Shown here: positions 12,280 to 26,154 of the stretch, one piece after another | Position numbering within the stretch: position 1 is the stretch's first letter | Layout: each line of letters begins with the position of its first letter | From: Carcharhinus longimanus | Lineage: Eukaryota | Length of the DNA stretch: 64,000 nt | NCBI GenBank assembly: GCA_030264375.1 | Contig: JASCQW010000156.1 | Location: 21,296,072-21,360,071, forward strand | Reading direction: 5' to 3' | Made by a program: the position numbers and the translations under genes | The notes under the pieces: model-generated | Told to the model about the DNA's origin: nothing | The model's database searches: none | Seen by the model: the letters and a program-made list of their open reading frames with translations, nothing else

Positions 12280-12578
12280 AAGTTTATTTATTAGTGTCAC
12301 AGTAGACTTACATTAACACTGCAATGAAGTTACTGTGAAAATCCTCTGGTCGCCACACACTGATGTCTCTTTAGGTACACTGAGGGAGAATTTAGCATGG
12401 CCAATGCATCCAAACAGCAGGTGTCTTGCACTGTGGGAGGAAACCAGGACACCCAGAGGAAACCCATGCAGACATGAGGAAAATGTGCAGACTCCGCACA
12501 AAGTGACCTAAGCTGAGAATTAAACCTGGGTCCCTGGTACTGAGACAGCAGTGTTAACCACTGTGCCACTTTGCTCCC
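12280..12578 (-). mobile_element. V-SINE, tail b
   Basis: Full-length copy with head, V core and tail ending gtgacactaataaataaacttta. Confidence 0.85.
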
Positions 12579-13104
12579 CAAACCTTAATTGTTTACAAAA
12601 ACCAGACACCACTGCGATGAGCTGAAGGGATTTTTTTTTGTATTGTAGACCTGTGTGGCTTTGACAATAAGAGCCCTGCAAGTAAAGGACAGCATGCAAC
12701 CACACAGGAGGAAAATAAGCATTTTTAACTGTTTTAAATTGCTTGTAGACCCGAATTAGTAAGGTCAGGTTTTAATGTGGGATACATTGGTGATCAGCTC
12801 ACTAACACAGTACGCCATGAAAGATGGCAACCTCAAAGTTTAGCGACTCATTTCAAAATAACTTGTTGCATCTTACTGAAATCTGTGCTGTCTAATCACT
12901 GGAGGAGTCAGTCAATGGCTGACATTTCTTCTCAGTTGCACACAGAAGCCAAAGATAAATTTAAATTTCCCAAATGGTTTACAACACAAACCGCTGTTCG
13001 GTTTTTAACGTTACGTTAGGGTGGTCACTGGCCACCCCATTATTGTTGGGGAATTTTAATTACAGGAAACTCCTTATGAGCAATCCTACAAAGTAAGAGT
13101 CTGT

Positions 13105-13410
13105 TTTAAAGTTTGATTATTGGTGTCACAAGGCAGCTTACATTAACACTGCAATGAAGTTACTGTGAAAATCCCCTAGTCGCTACACTCAGGCGCCTGT
13201 TCGGGTCCACAATATGGGAGAATTTAGCATGGCCGATGCACCTAACCACCATGTCTTTCGGACTGTGGGAGGAACTGGAGCACCTGGGGGAAAGCCCCGC
13301 AGGTACAGAATGTGCGGTCTCTGCACGACAGTGACCCAAGTCAGAATCAAAACTGGGTTCCTGATGCTGTGAGGCAGCTGTGCTAAAACCACTGTACCAC
13401 TGTGCTGCCC
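13105..13410 (-). mobile_element. V-SINE, tail b
   Basis: Homologous to 12280-12578. Confidence 0.85.
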
Positions 13411-14212
13411 ACTTCTGGAAAGGTGGCCATTAAGATAAAATTGGCAGTCCACCTCAATCATAAATACAAAAGGAATTTTGAGAGCAAAGTTTGAAAGGGT
13501 CACACTGAATTCATGCAAAATAAGTTCTAACATACGACTGCTGAACTCGGGGAATTCTGACAAGTCTGAACTAATGGCCCAATCATTTAGAGACAAGAAA
13601 CACTGACCCACAAACACCAGGAGCAAGGACTGTCTTGTGCTGCTTTGGATTACCTCCGTGGTACCTCCAGGTGAGCAAGTACTTGCTCCAATATCACTCA
13701 AAAGTAACATTGGGACAGTTTCATTTTGGACACAAATTCAAGTTGATGAAATGAGGGGCAGCTAAAATTGATCTGGATTAGCAAAAACCAAACCACAGCT
13801 CTGTCAATCAATTAGACATTAAAACATGTTGGATTTAATTCTAATTCGCCACTGCACTTCAGCTGCCACAGAACATGTACCCATCAGACCCCAATAGAGA
13901 TAAGCAAATTGCTTTGGTCTAGTTGATCCTTCAATGCAGAAATCCGACAGATTCAGTTTTTCTTTATACAAATGATTAGTTAAATTGTTTGTGGTTATCT
14001 TGTTCAGTAATTAGCTTTTAAATTCCTTACAACACTGGAACTAAATGGTACCAGATTTGCTATTAAACATTCATGCATTTTAATTTGCTGCAATTTTCTC
14101 TGAAATAATGAGAATTCTGGATTCTGACCCCTGCACTCAGTTAAAATGAGAGGCTTAGCAACTGTCATCTCCCAGATAGAGATAATGTAAAATAACATTA
14201 CCTTTCATAGCT

Positions 14213-14457
14213 TCAGAAGTCACCATAGTCCCAGATGATCATAGGCTGCACATTCCCTTGATAGGGGTGGGAGTGGCAAAGAGAGCAGACAGGTGGTGCT
14301 TTAACCAGAGGATCACCAGACCTCAGGTGGGGGGTGGGATTGAGAAGGCAGGCCTTCACAAATAACTTCTGCCAGTACAGGAACTGAACCCCCATCCCCC
14401 AGCACTGTTGGTATCGCTCTGCATCACTAACCAGCTGTCCAGCCAACTGAGCTAACA
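14213..14457 (-). mobile_element. tRNA-derived SINE of a distinct family
   Basis: The minus strand begins gttagctcagttggc (A box) and has gttcagttcc (B-box-like), followed by a non-tRNA body. Confidence 0.65.
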
Positions 14458-17400
14458 GACCAAACAGGTACATACTTAGGAGGCAAGTTCACACCAATAG
14501 CTATATCCTGTCCTCAAATTCAGCCTCATCTGAAAGACCTGACGATCAGCCGAAGATGCAGAACACGCTACCTGGCACAGAATTATTTCCAGTCAGATAT
14601 AGCTGGAAGTCATTGCCTACTTATTATTTCAATTAGTATCAGTGCACGGCCTTGGTTAGAGGGGAGAAGGCTTGTTAAGGCATCATGCATCTGAACTGCA
14701 ATAGAGGACCAAGGTTTCATTCATGGTCCATGTTGGGTTAACTGAATAAAATACACAAAAATATCACAACTGGCCCTGCATCCTTGCACGTTTTGTTTTG
14801 GGAGGGGGAGAGGAGGGTGGGGGGTCAGATCACTCTCTGCGTTGTAGCTAGAACTGCTATAACAAAAGAAGAGAAAGGGGCAGGGACGAGGAGGGGGGGG
14901 GTGGAGAGGAAATAGTCCAGGTTCTCGCACATCATTTCCATCAAACTGTTATATTTTTAAACTTGCAGATTAGATTACGTCTGGTAGGGATCATTTGTCT
15001 TTCATCCCTAACTTAGCCTATCGATAGTTATTGTTCAGAGGCTTATGAAGAACAGCACTGGATCAGATACAGACCGGCAAGCAGTCATGGTAGAAACCAG
15101 GCTTGGCTACAGTCAGTGCAACAGGGGACAGGCAAAGGAGGAAACGTTAACTCAGAAGTCTGAATGAGCACAATGTGAAGGGTTTGTATTGGGGTAGATC
15201 AGTAACAACAGGAAAATGATAAGTAGTTGATCAAACAGCAAGCATCGTACTGAAGGTGTAGGTAAGCCCTTCTGGGGGTAACTGGGAAGGGCGCAGGGTG
15301 GAACTGAAAAGATAAAAATCAAAATATACATTGTGAACTAAGCAGTTTGGCCATTTGAAGCAAAGTTGCACTGAAACCTGTGTGTTAGTGCTGAAAGGAC
15401 AGTATCAAGCAGTGGCTGCATTTACAGTAGTGGACTTTCACATCCTCAAGATCTTACCTCATTCCTTATCTTGGGTTCTAGTCCAGGTGAAGTTAACTAT
15501 TTACCAAAGGACGAGGCAGAAATGTGAAAGTCAGAAACTTAGCCATGTCTGGAAATGTTAACGCAGAGCAAATCAAAAACAGACACCAACTCAGAATATG
15601 ATCAGAATGAAACCGCCAAAACATTCTGCTGAGCACAGGAAGATTTATTTTAAATATACAAGTCACTGTAGACTTTTTTACGTCAACGTTCTGAAGGTTA
15701 TACGAATAAACCAGTCTAAATTCATTCAGCTTTTATCCCCACAATTTCCCACCTGTTTACATCCACTACGTAAACACCTACCTGGTCTCAGCACAGAACG
15801 TCAAGACACATCATTGCTCCATTCTCTCATTGGAATATTGGATGATTAATTCTCGGTTGCCATCTTGAGCACACCAACTTATAGACAACTTGCTCTCTGG
15901 TGTCCTCAGGCAAAAAAGGTCACATCAGAGGTCTAATGCTTCAGGCACCGACATATTTCTGTCCTTCAATAAATGCTTATTTTATTAATGGAAATGCAGA
16001 GGAGGCAAAGGTTAGGGAGACATCCAAATATAATGATTAAGCACTGGCTGTGCATTTAAAACACAGATTCGTGGATTAATCTGGGAAGCTAGGTTGTCTC
16101 AAGGTTGCAAAAACATCTTTCCCTCTGTCAACATGCCCCTGCCTCCTGAAACTCGGGTGCAACACAATGTTGACCAAGACCCGAGCGTGTGCAGGAGGTA
16201 GAGAGACAGAGACTTGCTTTACAGATCGACTGCTGCAGAATTTTTCCAAAATCCTCATCAGACATTCACGCAACGTTTAACACAGTGCATGCGTCAAGAT
16301 CAGTTTACCACGTGCTGGTATTGGCCACTAAGCACCCAAGTTTCATCCAGTAAAATAATGCCGGAGATCCGAAATAAAAACAGAAAATACTCAGCAGGTC
16401 TGGCAGCCTCTAAGGACTGAGACAGAGTTCAAGTCGAATACAACTCTTCCTCAAAACTGTTTCCAAAGATTTCCCATTGTATTCATCACACATGGGAGAT
16501 TAGAGAGAATGGATATCGAGTGACGAGAAGGCCACTTGAAATCTGGAAGATTGGGTTTGAAGAGCCGAATGTTCTTTTTTCCATTGCAGGTCACGCGTAT
16601 GCTCGGCAAGCACACAAGAATTACAGCCTGGTCCATGCTGGTTCAGCCAACTCCACATAGGTAACATGGGATTCTTCTCCCTCAGTATGGTCACCCAGGG
16701 GAAGACACATGCTCACCACTGTTTTTTTGCTTCATGAAGGCTCTTGAATTTGACTCCATTTTAATGGAGAACTTTGCTCATCTGTTGTTAACACTTTCAC
16801 GCCAAATATGATTGTAATATCTGAGACTTGGAGCCTGACCACACAATGTACAAATGGCCTCAGAATCTATTGTAATGCGGTCTAAGTTTCTCACATTTGA
16901 ATCATTACTCAAAGGGTATTTAAAGCCCTGTCTTCTTCAAACTAATACTTCTGTTGCGGTGTCATTTTTTTCCCTTCTCTCTCGTGGGTTCTGTTGGGCT
17001 TGCTGAACACACTGTGTGCACCTAGTCTTTTCCTGAAGCCTAGGTTTCTTGAGTGAACGATTTAACTTTGCCCTCATCTGACGCTGCACGCATTTTCCAT
17101 TAGGCTGTCACTACACAGAACAGAAGGGGGAATACCAAATTTCCCCTCTCCAATTCAAGAGGCCAGTTTCGATGTGGTAACCAACATTGGGATGGCTAAC
17201 CCAACACAAGCCGAGGATTGAAGGTGGCCTCATTTACACTTTCTCCACTGTCAACATGCTTTGAATTCAACTTCAGACAAGAAATTTGGGGATATTCCCC
17301 TTCACATCGGCACCACCGATCCCAAACGGAGTTCACAGGATGCTTCCAGTCTAAATGTNNNNNNNNNNNNNNNNNNNNNNNNNNNNNTGCGTACAATCTA

Positions 17401-17579
17401 TTATAGCCTACAAGTGAAACAGACAGAGAGAACAGCTGGCCCATTAACAGTAACTGCTTTCTATACTCATTTGAGTAGAAATGATCAGAGAATCAATTCC
17501 ACTCCATAACAGGTGCAAACAACCAGAACAGGAGGAGGATGGGTCTGATTATTCACTTTCTAATAGGAGGATTGGTGCT

Positions 17580-18405
17580 GCATAGGATCTTGAGAATAGT
17601 GCAACTCAGGAGGACACTCAGCCCATCGAGTCTGCACTGCATCTTTCAAAGAACTACGCAGTTAGCCCGTCACCATTCTTTCCCCAGATTCCAGAGTACC
17701 TTTCTCCAATTCACCGGATTTTCTTCCGGAACATGTCAGACAGTACATTCCATATCCAGACTAGACGTGATGCAATCAAGCTTTCACCTTAAATCTGTGC
17801 CATCAAGTTATCAACTCTTCAATCAGAGGAAGCAATCTAAACTCACGATTTTGAACACCTCAATCAAATCTCCTGCTCCTAGGGGGAACCAACCCAGTTT
17901 CTTTAGTCCATCCGTGTAGCTGCAGTTCCCCATTTATGGAAACATTCCAGTAAATCTCATCCAAAATCTTCCTCCTGGAAGTGTGGTGCTGAGAATTGGA
18001 CACAATACTCCGACCAGGGACAAGCTGGTGTTTTCTTTTTGTAGATTTGGCATAACCTACTGGCTTTTGAACTCTGAATGATTATTTATAAAACCCGGGA
18101 TCCCATATGGTTTATTAACAGCTTTGTTAACCAGTCCTGCCACATTTGAGAATGTGTGCAAACACTTGGCCCCTTTGAAATTGAACTAGTTAGAATGTAT
18201 TGTGCCTTCTCATTCTTCCAACTAAAATACATCAGTTTCACACTTTTTTTTGTTTTGAATTTAATCTGCCAAGTATGAACACATTCAACCAGCCTATGTC
18301 CTCTTTGAAGTCTATAACTGTCATCATCACTGTTTACCACACTTCCAAGTTCGTCACCCACGAATTTCCAAATTGTGCCCTCTGCCAAATCTAAGTCATT
18401 AATGC
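17580..18405 (-). mobile_element. Decayed CR1 LINE fragment
   Basis: Minus-strand ORF remnant INDLD...KF...LQ...WQIKF and a CR1 tail near 17600. Confidence 0.75.
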
Positions 18406-18413
18406 ATGATCCG

Positions 18414-18706
18414 ATAGAATCCCTACAGTGCAGGAGGCCGCCATTCAGTCCATTGAGTCTGCACAATCCCACCCAGGTCCTATTCCCGTAACTCACGCAT
18501 TTATCCTGCTAATCTCCCTGACACTAGGGTCAATTTATCATGGCCAATCAACCTAACCTGCACATTTGGACTGTGGGAGGAAACCGGAGCACCGGAGGGA
18601 AACCACATACAGGGAGAACATGCAAACTCCACACTGAGACCCGAGACCAGAATTGAACCTGGGTCCCTGGCACTGTGAGGTAGCAGTGCTAACCACTGTG
18701 CCACCC
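18414..18706 (-). mobile_element. V-SINE, tail a
   Basis: Full-length, well-preserved copy. Confidence 0.88.
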
Positions 18707-18756
18707 TTACAGGAGGAGCTCACATGAATGAGTTTCAGTAGTATTTTGAAGGCCTG

Positions 18757-19085
18757 CAACTTGCATTTATACAGTCCCTTTAACTTAATGAAACAGCCCA
18801 TGACACTTCACAGGTGCTACAAACAAACATTTCACCCCAAATTGCATTAGATCAGGGCAGATGATCAAAAGTTTGATCAAAGGACAGTCTTGAAGCATGG
18901 ACAGAAGATAGAAAGGTTTGATGAGGGAATTCCAGAGCTTTGGGCCTTAGTAGCTGAAGGTCTGGCCACTAATGCTGCTCAAGGGGCAATTGGAGGATAT
19001 CCCTGGAAGGGTGTAGAGATGGAAGGAGAGATAGTGAAGGGTGACGCCATGCAAGAATTTTAAAATGAAGATGTGAACTTTTAAA
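18757..19085 (-). mobile_element. L2-like LINE 3' fragment
   Basis: Begins aacttgcatttata (reverse of the tataaatgcaagtt tail) and contains gagggaattccagagc. Similar pieces occur at about 36970-37200 and 55350-55810. Confidence 0.6.
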
Positions 19086-19387
19086 AACAAAGTAAATTTC
19101 ATAATTACTGCAAGTAGGCTAAACTGCAGCCCTCCCCCAAAGATTTTCCAAAGGTCCAATACCACAAAGCCACACCTTCAACTCAATTGAGTTTTTGCTT
19201 CAATAAAAAGAGTGTTCCCTGTCCAGAGTGCTTTCTGGGACTTTTACTCCGTACTTTTTATTTACACATTGTAACTGCAATCAAATTCCAAATTAAACTA
19301 AAGCTGAGGTTAAAGCTTGCTCTGTTTTGCTATTTCTAATATGCCCATACCAGTTAGTTTCTCCATCCACAAACAACTTAATAAAAA

Positions 19388-19950
19388 TTCTTTAATGGGA
19401 TATACGTGCTGCTGGCTAGGCCAGCATTTATTACCCATCCCCAACTGCCTTCTTGAATCACTGTAGTCCCTGTGCTGTAGTTACACTCTCAGTGCTATTG
19501 GGAAATGAGTTGCAAGATTTTGACTCAGCGACAGTGAAGGAACAGTGTCATAGTGCAATGTCAGGATGGTGAGTGATTTGGAGAGAACTTGCAGGTGGCA
19601 ATGTTTCCATGTATCTGCTGTCCTTTTCCTTCTAAGTAGTAGAGGTCACAGGTTTGGAAGGTGATGTCAGGGAAGACTTGGTGAGTCGCTACATTGCACC
19701 TTATAAATGGTACTCATTGCTTCTGTTGTTCATCAGTAGTAGAAGGAACGCGCATTATAAGATGGTGGATGGGTGATAATCAGATGGGCTGCTTTGTCTT
19801 GGATGGTATCAAGTTTGAGTGTTGTTGGAACTGCACTTATCCAGACAAGGAGAATTTCCATCACACTCCTGACTTATGCCTTGCAGATGGTGGAGAAACT
19901 TTGGGGAGTTAGGAGGTGAGTTACTTGTTGCAGAATTCCCAGTTTGACTG
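19388..19950 (-). mobile_element. LINE family L-B 3' fragment
   Basis: Reverse of the L-B tail and RT end. Confidence 0.75.
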
Positions 19951-20389
19951 GTTTGCAGGAAAATGAAAAACCGTGGCAGCAAACTTCCTGAAATATTTTC
20001 AAAGACTTCTGGGTTCATATCATAGCAGGAGAAAGTTTATTTTTGATCAGCCAGGTGCAAATGATTCAAATTCATCATGGAATCCACAAACCACACTATT
20101 AATGAAACCACAGTGGATCAAAATTGAATGCACAGCAACACAGACACATAGAATCAGATTGAAGTCAGTGTCCTAAAACAGAACAGAAATGGGGATGTTG
20201 TAGGTACTTAAACGAGAGCGCTTGGTGGGAGGGTGGAAGGATGGAAAGATTTTGTTCAACCACTTGGAAGTGACTTGTGCCTTAATTGAGAGGGCTGTGC
20301 CAAAAGCTAGTTAAGCAAAAGCCTGAGAGCCATACTCACCAAATCATACCTTACAGTCCATGTCCTAGACTCCTCCACACCATCCCTGG

Positions 20390-21950
20390 CTATGTTTCAG
20401 AAGATGTGGCAGCACAATGGCACACAGTCAGGACGGAATGAACCTGGGAGCATTCAACATTTGACCCCAAGCTCCATGATTTCTCATATCAGGTCAAATA
20501 TGGGCAAGGAAACCAACTGCTTACCACCTACTCACTCAGCTGATGAATCAGTAATCTGTCATGTTAAACAGCACTTGGAAGCACGGAGTATCAGGTACAC
20601 CATGTACTCTGAAAGGTGGACTTTGATGCCTACTGCAACAAGTGGTTGGGTAGTACTACTACTCAGATGTTCAGAAGGACATAGCTGCCAGCTGGATCCT
20701 GCAGAAAAGTGGTGAGAAAACTCGAGGGAAAAACCTGCTTGCGTATTTTCTTAACCAAATCGTCACAGATGTTCATTGCTGTAGATAGGAGTGATAAGAG
20801 CACAGTTCTTGTAAGAGACACCAGTGCAAAGATCATGTGAAAATCAAGTGCCATCCTCTCAAAGGACACCCTCCATCATGTTGTGTGGCACAATCACCAT
20901 ATTAAGTCTGATAGATTCAACATTAGCAACTCAAAACTGGGCAGCCATAAGGTGCTGTTGGCCAGTAACAATGACATTTCACTAGGATCTGTAAACTCAG
21001 AGTCCAACATATCTCCCACACTATTACCATCAAATCAGGGAACAAATCTTTGTTCAATATTTTGGAAAAACATGTCATGAACAGCATTAGGCACACCCAA
21101 AATGAGGTGCCAACCTGGTGAAACTACAGCACAGCACTGCATGCTAAACAGGAAGTGTGTTATAGACAGAGCTAAAATAGTCTCACAACCAATACGTCTG
21201 ATCAAAGTTCTGAAGTCCTGCCATATCCAGGCCTGAACCACAGTGGACAATTAAACAATTAACAGGAGGAGATGGCTCCAGTAATACACCCATCCTCAAT
21301 GATGGCAAAGCCAAGCGCAAGTATGGAAGACCAAAGTATTTGCAATTTGCACTGATCTTCAGAAGTGCCAAGTGGATGAATGACCTCAGCCTGAGATTCC
21401 CAGAAACACGGGCGCCAGTCTTCAGCTCATTCAATTAACCTCACATGATATCTAAATGGCTGAGCATACTGGATAGAAGCGGTCTGGGCCCCGAGAACTC
21501 CTGGTGGATTAGCAAAGACATTTGCTCCAAAACCAGTCACACTTCCAGTCAAGCTGTTGTATTACCTGCACCTACTCTTGCCCAGGTTATGTCCTGGCTA
21601 CAAAAAACAGGAGAAATCCAATCTGGTTACTCTCAACAATCAGCAAAGTGAGTCAAGGTGCTGACAATAGTGCTACCATGCAGAACATTTACCAATAACC
21701 TGCTCACCATTGCTCAGTTTGGATTCCACCACGGCCCATCAATCAATAGCTCATTGCAGGCTTGTTCCAAACCAAGGAGTTGAATTCCAGAGGCAAGGTG
21801 GGAGCATCTGAGCCTCGACATCAAAGCAACATCTGATTGAGTGCAGCATCAAGGAGTACTAGTTAAAATTGAAGTCAGTGGGAATCGGGAAAAGTCTCAA
21901 TCGGGTCAAGTCATCTATCTAGTTGCAATTGATGGAAGCAATTGTTCTTT
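20390..21950 (+). mobile_element. Decayed LINE family L-B internal fragment
   Basis: Homologous to 52760-54860 and 57740-59040, with RT-like remnants (QFGF, DIKA). Confidence 0.7.
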
Positions 21951-22965
21951 GACCCTTGACTTTATCACGGGAGCAGCAAATGGTTTGGGAGTTGGAGGGT
22001 GGGGAAGACAGAGAGAAGCAAGAGCGAGCAGTGGCTGTTAAAAATTCTGAAAAGGTTTTGACAGATTATTTCCACTCAAATGGTAAGCAGCATAAATTCA
22101 GTGTTGGTACCAGAAGCTTTAATGGGAGGTTACAAAGGATTTTCTTTCCATATAAAAGGTTATTAGAAGACTGAATGTGTCAGAAATACCCAGTGATGCT
22201 GAGTCAACCATTGCACTTAAAGGGAAACTTAGAGAACAAAAATCATTCCAAAATCATAGGGAATTGAAATTAAGTGTTTGAGGCCAGCACCAGGACAGAT
22301 TCGACAGGTCAACTTACCACTTCTCTGCTGTATTGTTTAGGCTCATATTAAAGTAAATCAGAGCATGCTTATAATATCAACACTGTACAGGATCACTACA
22401 ACCAACAAGTAAAGGATCGCTCTAGATGCCTCTAGATTACAGACATGGCAATTTCCTCAGCTAGGTTAGCTAACTGGAATTCTGCCAAAATAAGACAGCA
22501 GAGACAGGGTATAACTTTACCCAAACAACTCACCCCCTCCCAACAAACAGATCTGTACAAAATACAACAGGGAAATAAACTGCCAGAATGCAAAGGAAAA
22601 CATCTCAATTCCGTTTTAAACCCACCTATACACTCTGCCTTGCACAGCTGGCCCATTCATGTTGCTGCTGAAAAGCAGGTTCCAATATTCTGAAGCACAT
22701 CTATACATGCCCAAAACCCAACTAATACCAAATGCCTTGAAACCATTTTTTAACCTTCATAAAGATACACAACTTTGAACACTACAAGAGAAAGAACTGG
22801 CACTTGGATCTCACCTTTATTGTCATTAACATCCCAGGAAAAATGACGATTGATCTGGGGTTAGGAATAGGAATAATGGCATGGTTTTAAAACAAAATGT
22901 TGGTGACTGTCTTTGGAGGAGGACAGGGCAGAAGCTGGACTGGCAGTACTGGTGATACAGACGTA

Positions 22966-23210
22966 CACAGTGGACAGTGGTTAGCACTGCTGCCTCTCAA
23001 GACCAAGGACCCCAGTTCAATTCCGGGCTTGGGTCAGTCCGGGTTTCCTCCCATAATCCAAAAGATGTGCTGGTTAGAAGCATTGGCCGAGCTAAATTCT
23101 CCCTCAGTGTACACAAACAGGTGCCGGAATGTGGCGACTAGGGAATTTTCACTAACTTCATTGCAGTGTTAATGTAAGCCTACTTGTCACACTAATAAAT
23201 AAAATTTAAA
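22966..23210 (+). mobile_element. V-SINE, tail b, with internal deletion
   Basis: Head and tail b are present, but part of the V core is missing. Confidence 0.8.
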
Positions 23211-25187
23211 GAAATAACTGTTTTGAAAGAGAAAGGAATCATCAAGATAAGTTCCAGGGCCACGTGGCATGAGAGATAAGGAGACCCAGTTAATTAAGTA
23301 AATTAGGCCCATTTAACTATTTGCATCACGTTAAACACTAGACGGTATCTCAAATGTTAAAAAAAATCTTCAGAACAGAATGAGACCAGTACCTCCCACT
23401 TCCAAGAGAAGCTTGCTATGCTGTGGCTCACAACGTGCAGGATATTTTTTGCTAATTGTCACTTGAAATTCATTTTCTGACTCTCAATCTCAGTTTGGTT
23501 CTGTGCATCTTTCAGCCACATACACTCACTCTCTCTTGAGCTAAAATATCCTCGTATAACTTAATGACACAAGATGACAGAGCCAAGAGTTCGCTATTTC
23601 ATAACTCAAATCTTCCAAATTGCCTGGAAAGAGCCAAAAAACTCTTAAAAAGCAAATGGATGGACCCCTCAAAGTTTCAGACCATTTCCAACAAAAGGAA
23701 TTGAAGAATAAAACAGTGTTTCACACAGCTTGGGGGACAGCTAAAACAAAAAAAACCCAAGGATGAGCCCTGATAATGGAGTAGTAACCAGGATGAGTTG
23801 ACCCAAAAGGCAACCTCTCAAATCTACAAGATTCACTTAACCTACCAAGGCAGAACTTTCAAAGTTTCTGAATCAGCCTTCAACTGTCAGATAGGCATGA
23901 AATATTTACAATTCAGATACAGAAACTCTGCACGAGAGTCTAGCAAGAGCTCATGGAAAGACAGCTGCAAACTTGCGCAGTTACAGAGGCCAGGATGGAG
24001 TCATTTTCAGTTCATTTATATTGCCAGAGCATCCACATTTCACAGCTTTCTCGAAGTGCTATCAGAGGTACTACTGATCATTGTCAGTGTCATTTGTATT
24101 ATAGGCACGCAGTATAGAATTGAAAGTCCAGTCATTCTACTGAGAATGACTGAACCTTGCCATGTGACTTCAGTTAAGCCTTACAATGCTGGTTATTAAA
24201 ATAACTTTCGCAAAAGCCTTGCTTGTGGGATGCTGGTAATCACCACAACACAATCCTTCGCATTTCATCAGGAACATGACTCGGTGAAGAAACACAACAA
24301 ATCTTCATGTATTTTAGCACTCTGAATTCTGTACAGAGGCTGGTGTGGGAAGCGTTACTTTCTGAATTTGGGAGTGATGAAAACAAGCCTAAACTTCTGT
24401 CAAAAGGACTCAATGCTGCAACCGATAGCTGCAAATGTCAACTGTGAAAATCAGAAGTCCCTGCCGAGGACATTAAGAAAGTGCACCTTGTTTGCAGTAA
24501 GGAAGAAGACATAGAGATAGCACAAGGGGACAGCAAGGAGGAAGCAACTTTATTTGAAGGTTACTATAGTTTTAGGATTGAAGACACTTTGGGATCTGTG
24601 ACAAAATGTGCCAGACAGGTGCCATAAATGTGCAATTGTTTTAACTTGCAATAGCCCAAAGACAATGCAGCTTACACCCTCCATAACATCACTCAACAAG
24701 AGCAACTGCAACCTAAAAATGAGCATTTCGGAAGCATGTCAAAAATTACAGATATGCCTGCATGACCCAGTTGTTAGCCTACACCATTTTTTCATTTGCA
24801 GGTGGATCATTTAAGGACATGACGGAGCTTGCTTGTGGCCTGAACTGAAGATTAATAACGCAAACACACTTGACACAAGCTCATTGTACTGAAGCTTGTA
24901 TGCAGAACAAAATTAACACCCAGCACTAGAGTATCCCAGGTGAGGTTAAAGTTTTGANNNNNNNNNNNNNNNNNNNNNNNNNNNNNNNNNNNNNNNNNNN
25001 NNNNNNNNNNNNNNNNNNNNNNNNNNNNNNNNNNNNNNNNNNNNNNNNNNNNNNNNNNNNNNNNNNNNNNNNNNNNNNNNNNNNNNNNNNNNNNNNNNNN
25101 NNNNNNNNNNNNNNNNNNNNNNNNNNNNNNNNNNNNNNNNNNNNNNNNNNNNNNNNNNNNNNNNNNNNNNNNNNNNNNNNNNNNNNG

Positions 25188-25385
25188 GCAACTTAGCATA
25201 GCCAGTCAACCTAACCTGCACATCTGTGGACTGTGGGAGGAAACCAGAGCACCTGGAGGAAACCCATGTAGACACTGGCAGAATGTGTAAACTCCACACA
25301 CAGACAGTAACCTGAGTCACGAAGCGAACCTGGGTCCATGGCATCGTGAGGCAGCAATGCTAACCATTGTGCCGCCGTGCCTCCC
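25188..25385 (-). mobile_element. V-SINE 5' half abutting a gap
   Basis: Head and V core are visible. Confidence 0.8.
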
Positions 25386-26154
25386 TAACTGTCCTATCAT
25401 TCAGTAAATTACCCTATTCAGAAAGGCAAATCTATCTGCAATTTTACAGATAAGAACTTGAATATAAATACAGATTAGCCATTTTAAAATAACAATAAAT
25501 TCAGGAAAGTGACAAATGATACTGTAATCCATCTATTAACTTCAGGTAATGGAATAAAGCACCACTCAATATAACACATCATACAAAAAGCATCAAATTT
25601 AACTTCTGGCCTGCGCCAAATGGGCTAATCTCAGCTGGGGTGCTGTCTTCAGTACTGGGGCTTCAAGAACATAGACAGGAGTGGAAGAAGGTGGACAAGG
25701 TTAAAGGAGAGAAAGAAGTAGGAAGAATCTTGGAACAGAATACTTACACTGGTTGAAAACACAAGTTTAATGTGCGAGGATTACTGGTGATAGTTCAGAT
25801 CAAGCCCTTATGCTATTCTCGACAAAAATCACTAATCCAACACGAAGTTACTAAGATTGGGATACAGATATTGGGCTACAGCGCAAATTGTGATTTCTTG
25901 CAACTTAGCCCTCAGCTTTCTGGGAGCACTTATTCATAAAACTGAAAGAATTTTAACTGCACACCCGCAATCAACGTGCTTGTTGGACAGGGTGAATTTG
26001 GGAATGGTACAGACACCAGATGTCATGGGTAGGAAGTGAAAAAAACATGCGCACATAAAAGGAAACAGGTTACAGATTAGGGCACGCAAAAAAAAGTATT
26101 GCAGGAGGGGAAAGCTGAACAGGTATTGAGTTTTTCCTGTGGCTCAGTGTACAA

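Noticed and set aside
16370-16460. Penelope-like terminal repeat remnant with possible hammerhead ribozyme (also about 28760-28825)
   Set aside because: Too short and decayed, and no CTGANGA/GAAA core with intact stems is visible.
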